A stretch of 62,893 nucleotides of DNA, the filler included, from Lentisphaeria bacterium (GTDB lineage Bacteria; Verrucomicrobiota; Lentisphaeria; JABSQK01; JAWLHB01): NCBI GenBank assembly GCA_041690595.1. It is 5 parts of 5 records of this genome, joined end to end, with 100 filler letters (N's around TTAATTAATTAA, not from the genome) between each part and the next. Parts side by side here need not be neighbours in the genome. Positions count along the whole stretch, not along the records: positions 45,719 to 62,893 come from JAWLHB010000074.1; 4 more parts are not named here. One strand, given 5' to 3'. The position numbers were made by a program, and so were the translations under genes. Below are positions 57,654 to 62,893 of the stretch, piece after piece. The notes below the pieces were generated by a model. It made no database searches and was not told the origin of the DNA. It saw only the letters and a list, made by a program, of their open reading frames with translations. How positions within the stretch are numbered: position 1 is the stretch's first letter; every line of letters starts with the position of its first letter.

Positions 57654-57849
57654 GGAACAGCGCCCTCCCTTCCTTGCTGTCCGCGTCGGGCAAACCGGGC
57701 ACCAGCTCACCGAAGAACTTCCACCCCACATAGGCGCTATGGCCCGGCGTTCCACGGCTCGGCACGTCGCCGTGTTCCCTTAGCCGATAGGCCCAGTCGG
57801 GCATGTCCTCGACGCGGTTGCGCGTCCGACGTGACCTTTTTGTTGGCAT
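57643..57849 (-). CDS. Hypothetical protein with Arg-rich N-terminus (68 aa)
   Basis: MPTKRSRRTRN...; starts 3 bp after the terS stop. Confidence 0.65.
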   Translation of the reverse strand: MPTKRSRRTRNRVEDMPDWAYRLREHGDVPSRGTPGHSAYVGWKFFGELVPGLPDADSKEGRALFHAH

Positions 57850-57852
57850 CTT

Positions 57853-58197
57853 CTAGTCTCCTTTCCACGCGGGAATGCTGGTGCCGGCAGGTCGGCCAAC
57901 GCGGTCTCGGATCGGCTCCAGGTCGAGATTCAATGCCTTTAGGGCCTGTAGGAATCCGTTTCTGGCGTCTTTCTCCAGCGCGCAGGCTGGGTTTACCTTC
58001 ACCTGGTTGTATCGGTCAGTCACCACCTCGCCGTGCTCGCGTATGGTTTCCTGCGCCGCTCTCATCCGGTCCAGACACTCGGCCGCAGTCGTGAGAAGCG
58101 CGATTCCTGCGGCATCGTCGATTTGGTACTCGTCGCGCAGCTCGCGCCAGAGCTTCCCGCCGTCTTTGCCTAGCTGTCGTGGTGTTTTCTTGCTCAT
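57853..58197 (-). CDS. Terminase small subunit (P27 family)
   Basis: 'PRQLGKDGGKLWREL', 'AQETIREHGEVVTDR..QVKVNPA', 'LKALNL'. Confidence 0.85.
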   Translation of the reverse strand: MSKKTPRQLGKDGGKLWRELRDEYQIDDAAGIALLTTAAECLDRMRAAQETIREHGEVVTDRYNQVKVNPACALEKDARNGFLQALKALNLDLEPIRDRVGRPAGTSIPAWKGD

Positions 58198-58394
58198 GAG
58201 GTCTCAAGATGGTTTGGCAGACTCAGTTCCGGGGCTACGAAAGGACACCGACGATTTCCCGTTTGTAGGTAGCCGTACCTTGGTACCCCCTGGTGCAGTG
58301 CAACATCGCTTTGCCTCTCCGTGAACTCTCTGCTGACAGCGTAAAAATGCGGTTAGCGCGCCGGTTCGCTGTGACTGAGCCGATGGCGTCATAC

Positions 58395-58601
58395 CTACCC
58401 CCGCTTCCTCTGTGCCTGCTGAGTCCGTGCCGTCAGTAGAGCGATTGCGTCGCGCTCGCTGGTCTCACCTGACTCGATACTCTGTAGAGCGTGGTGGCTG
58501 AGTCCTTCGCTAGCCTCGACGGTTGTCCGGCCCATGTCCGCCAAGCGACGGATCAGTGACGCGGCGTTGGGGTAGATCGCTCGGATCTCTCGTAACCTCA
58601 T
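58395..58601 (-). CDS. Hypothetical protein (68 aa)
   Basis: AGGAGA RBS before ATG 58601; MRLREIRAIYPNAASL... Confidence 0.5.
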   Translation of the reverse strand: MRLREIRAIYPNAASLIRRLADMGRTTVEASEGLSHHALQSIESGETSERDAIALLTARTQQAQRKRG

Positions 58602-58690
58602 GTGGTGGGGTTCTCCTGACGTGGTTCGATGGGAACGCGAAAGGTTCGGTCGTCGGCTGGGACTGTGAACGTGCGGTCCTCGCACACCAG

Positions 58691-58804
58691 GGGGACAGGG
58701 GACAGTGTCGGGGGTTTGCAACGCGTGCAACGGATCGTTCCTATATCCACGTATCGCGCGCGCGCGGAACGTCGATAAGTAGTGAACCCGTTGCATCCGT
58801 TGCA
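58691..58804. repeat. Iteron-like inverted repeat array, putative replication origin
   Basis: TGCAACG at 58717 and 58726, inverted CCGTTGCA at 58788 and 58797, central (CG)6, GGGGACA x2. Confidence 0.6.
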
Positions 58805-58807
58805 GAT

Positions 58808-60202
58808 TCATTCCAGCCAGGGCTCCGGTTCGATTTCTGGCCTCAATCTCAGGCCATCCCAGTGACGGCCGCCCTTGGAGCGGCTGTTGCCTCCGTGGAA
58901 CCCAGCGGCAGACAGCCTTTCTCCGAATGCCTTTTGCGTCCCTACCTTTTCGTTGGCTCCCTCGGCGTAGCGCCGCCAGGAAGCGAACAGCCGGCCGGGC
59001 GTTTCCCACAGATTCGGGCCACGCTCGCAGCAGTCCTCTAGCCACTGGTCGAACAGGTTCTCGGCTGCGAAGTATTCGGCGGTCGCGGCCGTGACCACCT
59101 TCGGCGGATTCAGCCCATCACGCTGGTAGGCCAAGGCACCGTCCACGATCCACCGGAGGATTCCCGGCCCTTCACGGAGCAGCTTGTCGCCCAGAGCCGG
59201 GTCGCGGTGCTCGCCCTTGAATGCCACCGTGAACGGCAGCAGGTGCAGCCGTCGCTTGATGGCCTCGTCGACGTTGCGGAGCCTCGGTTTGTGGTTGCCC
59301 GCGATCAGCAGCTTGAACTTGGGCTCGAAGGTGAAGAAGTCCGCCCGCATGAATCGGGCTGTGATTGGGTCGCCCCCGGTGAGCGCTTTGATGCGGCTCT
59401 CGGCCCAGGCTCGGCCCTCCTCGGTTTCCTGGGCGAGCACCAGGCGGGCACCGCGGAGCATTGCAAGGTCTGTCGGGTGCCGCTCCGTCTTCGACTCGAC
59501 GAAGGTCTCCATGCTGGCAACGGTGGCGTAGTCGCCCAGCACCTTCTGCAAGGTGTTGAGGAACGTACCTTTGCCGTTGCCGCCGGAGCCGTACAGGAAG
59601 AACAGCGCGTGCTCTCGCGTCGATCCGGTGGCGGCGTAGCCGGCGACTCGCTGGAGGAAATCGACATATTCGGCATCGCCCCCGGTCACTTGCTCGAGGA
59701 ACCGCTGCCAAGTGGGACACTCACCGGCAGGGGCCATCGCCGTGGATTTCGTCAGGTACGCCTCGGGGTCCGGGTCGTGCAGTTCTCCGGTGCTGAGGTC
59801 CACGATTCCCGAGGGCGTGTTCAGCAGCCAGTCGTGCCGGTCCCACTGGTCAGAGGTCGCCGCGTATCGCCTATCAGACTTCGCCAGACGCTCTACAGCG
59901 GCAATCACGTTGGCCTTGAGCCAATCCCTGTCGCCGTCGGTGCTCGCCCGGACGTGGCCCCGTATCCGGTCGTAGACGGCCAGGGTGCCGTCCTCCTTCC
60001 AGACGCTCCCGCTCCAAATCAGCCAGCGACCCCATAGCGCCACGTAGCGCTGCATGGGGTTGGCCGTGCAGAACGTGAGGGCGAGACCGTCTTCGGTCAC
60101 TTCGTTGCGTTTCGCCTTCCGCTGCGCTGTGCTCTCCAGCCGCGCCAGGGCTTCGTCGTAACGCTCCTGAGCCGCCAGGGCGGGCGGTAGTTCAGATCCC
60201 AT
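58808..60202 (-). CDS. P4/D5-family primase-helicase (D5_N plus SF3 helicase)
   Basis: 'WLLNTPSGIVDL.TG', 'LYGSGGNGKGTF', 'IKALTGGDPITARFMR', 'AGNHKP'. Confidence 0.93.
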   Translation of the reverse strand: MGSELPPALAAQERYDEALARLESTAQRKAKRNEVTEDGLALTFCTANPMQRYVALWGRWLIWSGSVWKEDGTLAVYDRIRGHVRASTDGDRDWLKANVIAAVERLAKSDRRYAATSDQWDRHDWLLNTPSGIVDLSTGELHDPDPEAYLTKSTAMAPAGECPTWQRFLEQVTGGDAEYVDFLQRVAGYAATGSTREHALFFLYGSGGNGKGTFLNTLQKVLGDYATVASMETFVESKTERHPTDLAMLRGARLVLAQETEEGRAWAESRIKALTGGDPITARFMRADFFTFEPKFKLLIAGNHKPRLRNVDEAIKRRLHLLPFTVAFKGEHRDPALGDKLLREGPGILRWIVDGALAYQRDGLNPPKVVTAATAEYFAAENLFDQWLEDCCERGPNLWETPGRLFASWRRYAEGANEKVGTQKAFGERLSAAGFHGGNSRSKGGRHWDGLRLRPEIEPEPWLE

Positions 60203-60611
60203 ACGCCGCCCCCGTCACTCTGTTGATGCGCATCACAGCCTGCTGGCAGCGCTCCAGATCGTTGTCGCTTACTGCATCGCCCCGGAGGAGTTGCCCAACC
60301 ACGCAGCCGCACACCATCGCGTCGTGCCGAACGATCTCCAGCGCATCGCGGGCACTGAGCCGGTGCTGGTCCCGCCTGGTGCTCCGGTGCGACTTGTCGG
60401 GGAATAGGTCGGTCATCTCCAGGCCCACGGCCTGCACCACGTCCTGAGCGCTGCACCCGGCGAAGCACCGCAAAAGCACCGTGCCGGCGTCTGTTTCTCG
60501 AACGGAAAGACTCGGGCTCCGGTCCTTGTGGGACGGACAGCGGGCGAGGTACTGGCCACGTCCGCGATCCCGAACACCCTCCAGGCGGGCGAGAAGGGCC
60601 TCGGCGCTCAT
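60192..60611 (-). CDS. Stand-alone primase-type (CHC2) zinc-finger protein
   Basis: 'ARCPSHKDRSPSLSV', 'LLRCFAGC', 'GLEMTDLF'. Confidence 0.85.
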   Translation of the reverse strand: MSAEALLARLEGVRDRGRGQYLARCPSHKDRSPSLSVRETDAGTVLLRCFAGCSAQDVVQAVGLEMTDLFPDKSHRSTRRDQHRLSARDALEIVRHDAMVCGCVVGQLLRGDAVSDNDLERCQQAVMRINRVTGAAYGI

Positions 60612-60868
60612 TCGTCACCCCCGTACACCGGCTTGAGGTACTGCACGACAACACCGGGAAACTTCAGCTCCAGGTGGCGCAGGGCCTCGTCTCGGGTCGC
60701 TCCGGTGGGGAACATCACCCGCGCAGCATTGCGGCGGGCGAGCTTGTATTCCCACACTGGGTGAAGCTGCTGGGCTAGGAGTTGATGAAAACTTGGGGCG
60801 GGGGCGGTAGAATCAGCGGTGCCAACCATGTGATTCTGCCGCGCCGGCCCTTGTGGCCGGCTTTCCAT
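60608..60868 (-). CDS. Hypothetical protein
   Basis: Translationally coupled between the xis-like and Zn-finger genes. Confidence 0.55.
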   Translation of the reverse strand: MESRPQGPARQNHMVGTADSTAPAPSFHQLLAQQLHPVWEYKLARRNAARVMFPTGATRDEALRHLELKFPGVVVQYLKPVYGGDE

Positions 60869-61099
60869 TCAGGCCGCCCTCTGCTTCGTCCGCTGCCGCC
60901 AAAAGTCGATGTACCGCGACCGCGACAGGAGAACCCGCTTGCGCTGCTCACCGCATCCAGTCTCGATGATGACCCCGGCTTCGCGCCAGGCGTCGCGGTA
61001 GCAGCTCAGCTCGTACTTGAACGTCTTTTCGGTGCGGAAGATGTCAAGGTTCTCCCGAACCGCGATCTTCCAGTACTTGTAGTCGTCGGGGTGATCCAC
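60869..61099 (-). CDS. Excisionase/AlpA-like winged-HTH protein
   Basis: 76 aa, 'EAGVIIE..GEQRKRVLLSRSRYIDFW'; GGAGG RBS; PICI position upstream of the replication genes. Confidence 0.55.
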   Translation of the reverse strand: MDHPDDYKYWKIAVRENLDIFRTEKTFKYELSCYRDAWREAGVIIETGCGEQRKRVLLSRSRYIDFWRQRTKQRAA

Positions 61100-61212
61100 A
61101 GAGGGCCTCCCTTGCTCGTTGGTTTCCGCGTGTTAGCGGGCGATGAGCAAAGGATGGCCAATTAATGCGGGGTAGGGCAGATGGCAATATGGCCCATGTC
61201 AATTGACAGGTG

Positions 61213-61524
61213 TCAGAAGTCGAGCAGCCCCTTGTCTCGGTAGTTGGAAATGGTTGCGCGCGTCACCTTCTGCCCCAACTTCTCCGACTCGAGCGCAACC
61301 CTGCGCACGCTGGGGACGATACCCTTGGCTTTCACAGATTCCAGGGCCTTGCGTGCTGCTGCCAACTTCCTCGGCCCCTTGGGTGCGTCCTTGCGCTCTA
61401 CTGGCGGCGGAGGTACACCAAGATGTCGTTCAACTGACTTGATGTACTTCTCGATCTCGGCTCCGGCCTTCTTCGTCTCTCGGTCAAGGTCAGCTAAGTG
61501 CTCGTAAAAGGTCTTCTTTGCCAT
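61213..61524 (-). CDS. Putative regulator with C-terminal HTH
   Basis: 'ALESVKAKGIVPSVRRVA....VTRATISNY'; directly after int. Confidence 0.6.
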   Translation of the reverse strand: MAKKTFYEHLADLDRETKKAGAEIEKYIKSVERHLGVPPPPVERKDAPKGPRKLAAARKALESVKAKGIVPSVRRVALESEKLGQKVTRATISNYRDKGLLDF

Positions 61525-61528
61525 TGGT

Positions 61529-62593
61529 TCACTCTCCCGCCAGCAACGCGGCCTCGGCCGCGAGATCTTCGTCGACTTGCATGTACCGCATCGCCTGCTC
61601 GGCCGTCTTCCAGCCGCCGGCAGCCCGCATCTGCGCCAGGGTGGCTCCGCGCTTCCCCAGCTCCGTGGCGAATGTCCGCCGGATCGCGTGAATGGTGAGG
61701 TACTCCCCGTTCTTGTCAGGCTGTTCGAGGTTGGCGTCCTCCCGCACCTTCCGAAAGATCGGGTCTACCTTGAATGTGAATACGCGGGGTTCGTCGTCTC
61801 GTCTGTGCTGTTGCTCGTGGGCTTGGAGCAACTTGTACAGGTCGGGCTTGATGAACACGGTACGCGGGGAGCCGCTCTTGGAGTCGGGGATGTACAGGCT
61901 CGCTCCGAGCCCTTCACGGTTGGATTCGTTCACGTTCTCCCACAGCAGCCCGCATAGCTCGCTCTTGCGGAACCCCGTGGCGCGTAGGAGCCGCAGGAAC
62001 AGCCCCAGGGGGGCCATCTCCTCGTCGGCCTTCTCCAGTAGGGCCTGCCACTCCTCCGGCGTGTAAACGCGCCTGAGCTTCTTGCTGGAGCCCTGGGCGC
62101 GCTTGACTGACTTCATGGGGTTTGCGGCGACGATCCGGCCGGCATCCTCGGTGCGGCCCCACTCGAACAACTGGTTGAGCACCACCTCGTATTTCTGCCG
62201 GTTCTGGTGGCCCCAGCCCTGGCGCTTGATCTCGCGCTCGATCAGGGCAGGGGTGAGCGCGTTGAGCTTGTAGGAGCCGAACATCCGCTTGAGCACCTCG
62301 ATCCGGCATTTCCGCTCGGCCACGGAGGAGGGCTTGAGTTCCCGGCGGCCGGTCATGTCGCGCATGGGACTCGCCAGGTACAGCTCGCTGAGCTTCTCGA
62401 AGGTGATGCGCCGGCTGTTGCTCGAGAGCGGAATCTCGCCCTTGCTCAGCAGGGGTAGGACCGTGGTGTCTATGTACCGCTGCGCCTCGGATTCGGACTT
62501 GAAGCGCTCGTTGATGTTGACGCCCTTGGCGGGCCGGCGGATGCGGACGCGCCAATACGCGCCTTCCTGTCGCGGTATGATGTATCGAGCCAT
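61529..62593 (-). CDS. int: Tyrosine integrase
   Basis: Catalytic R (TGFRKSEL), K (SKSG), HAIRR, GGW, Y (AMRY); next to the tRNA. Confidence 0.95.
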   Translation of the reverse strand: MARYIIPRQEGAYWRVRIRRPAKGVNINERFKSESEAQRYIDTTVLPLLSKGEIPLSSNSRRITFEKLSELYLASPMRDMTGRRELKPSSVAERKCRIEVLKRMFGSYKLNALTPALIEREIKRQGWGHQNRQKYEVVLNQLFEWGRTEDAGRIVAANPMKSVKRAQGSSKKLRRVYTPEEWQALLEKADEEMAPLGLFLRLLRATGFRKSELCGLLWENVNESNREGLGASLYIPDSKSGSPRTVFIKPDLYKLLQAHEQQHRRDDEPRVFTFKVDPIFRKVREDANLEQPDKNGEYLTIHAIRRTFATELGKRGATLAQMRAAGGWKTAEQAMRYMQVDEDLAAEAALLAGE

Positions 62594-62795
62594 GGTGATC
62601 TCCTGTGCAGATCGCTGTGGTCAGAACCCCGGTTGGCGTTGGCGCGCCGCCGGGGTTCGCTTTGTCTAGAGCCTTGATAGTGAAGTAGAAGGCGGATTAG
62701 GTCAACGGAAGGTTGACCCAAAATTGACCCACTCGGCGCTGTCTCGGCGGTTCATGTGGAGGCGGGGATCGGGCTGAAGGTCGCATTTTTACTGA

Positions 62796-62880
62796 TGGTG
62801 CCCAGGGTGGGACTCGAACCCACACGCCTGTCGGCACTGGAACCTAAATCCAGCTTGTCTACCAGTTCCAACACCTGGGC
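62796..62880 (-). tRNA. tRNA-Leu (anticodon TAG)
   Basis: GCCCAGG/CCTGGGC acceptor stem, CTGGA-TTTAGGT-TCCAG anticodon arm, long variable arm, GGTTCGAGTCC, CCA end. Confidence 0.97.
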
Positions 62881-62893
62881 GATGCGTCGAAGC

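Larger units (their letters stand above)
52991..62849 (-). mobile_element. Element A: ~9.8-kb PICI-like phage satellite
   Basis: 54-bp att repeats; int, xis-like, Zn-finger plus D5 helicase, terS, HK97 MCP; no portal, TerL, tail or lysis genes. Confidence 0.88.

Noticed and set aside
58198..58394. cos/pac packaging site upstream of terS
   Set aside because: The position and a G-run are suggestive, but no specific sequence could be supported
45719..62893. A single complete prophage or a cf-PICI
   Set aside because: No portal, large terminase, tail, head-tail connector or lysis genes; internal att sites divide it into two elements

Overview
The window is a concatenation of five contigs joined by 100-bp N/TTAATTAATTAA linkers (20566-20665, 33000-33099, 38753-38852, 45619-45718), so neighbourhood holds only within a contig. 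Contigs 1-4 look like a high-GC PVC-group bacterium, probably Lentisphaerae-like (inferred from the prepilin/H-X9-DG gene, DUF4159 genes and REP types). They carry Ser/Thr kinases, fhs with an AcsE-like methyltransferase, lptCAB-hpf, a glycan-degradation cluster, flgBC-fliE-fliW with flagellin, nagA and glpD. Contig 5 looks proteobacterial and carries two elements in tandem at the 3' end of tRNA-Leu(TAG). Element A (~9.8 kb, 52991-62849) is a PICI-like phage satellite with integrase, Xis-like protein, Zn-finger and D5 helicase, TerS, HK97 capsid protein and HU/membrane cargo; it has no portal, TerL or tail genes. Element B (~6.3 kb, 46700-52990) has a catalytically truncated integrase fused to a frameshifted Xis-like HTH, a podovirus-like DNA-ejection protein pair, a coiled-coil protein and a SIR2 gene, and no capsid or replicase. 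Other highlights are an orphan structured sRNA unit with promoter, operator and terminator (11144-11320) and a PhyH-family enzyme with the halogenase-type HxG iron motif. All homology calls come from motif recognition by eye; no searches were run.
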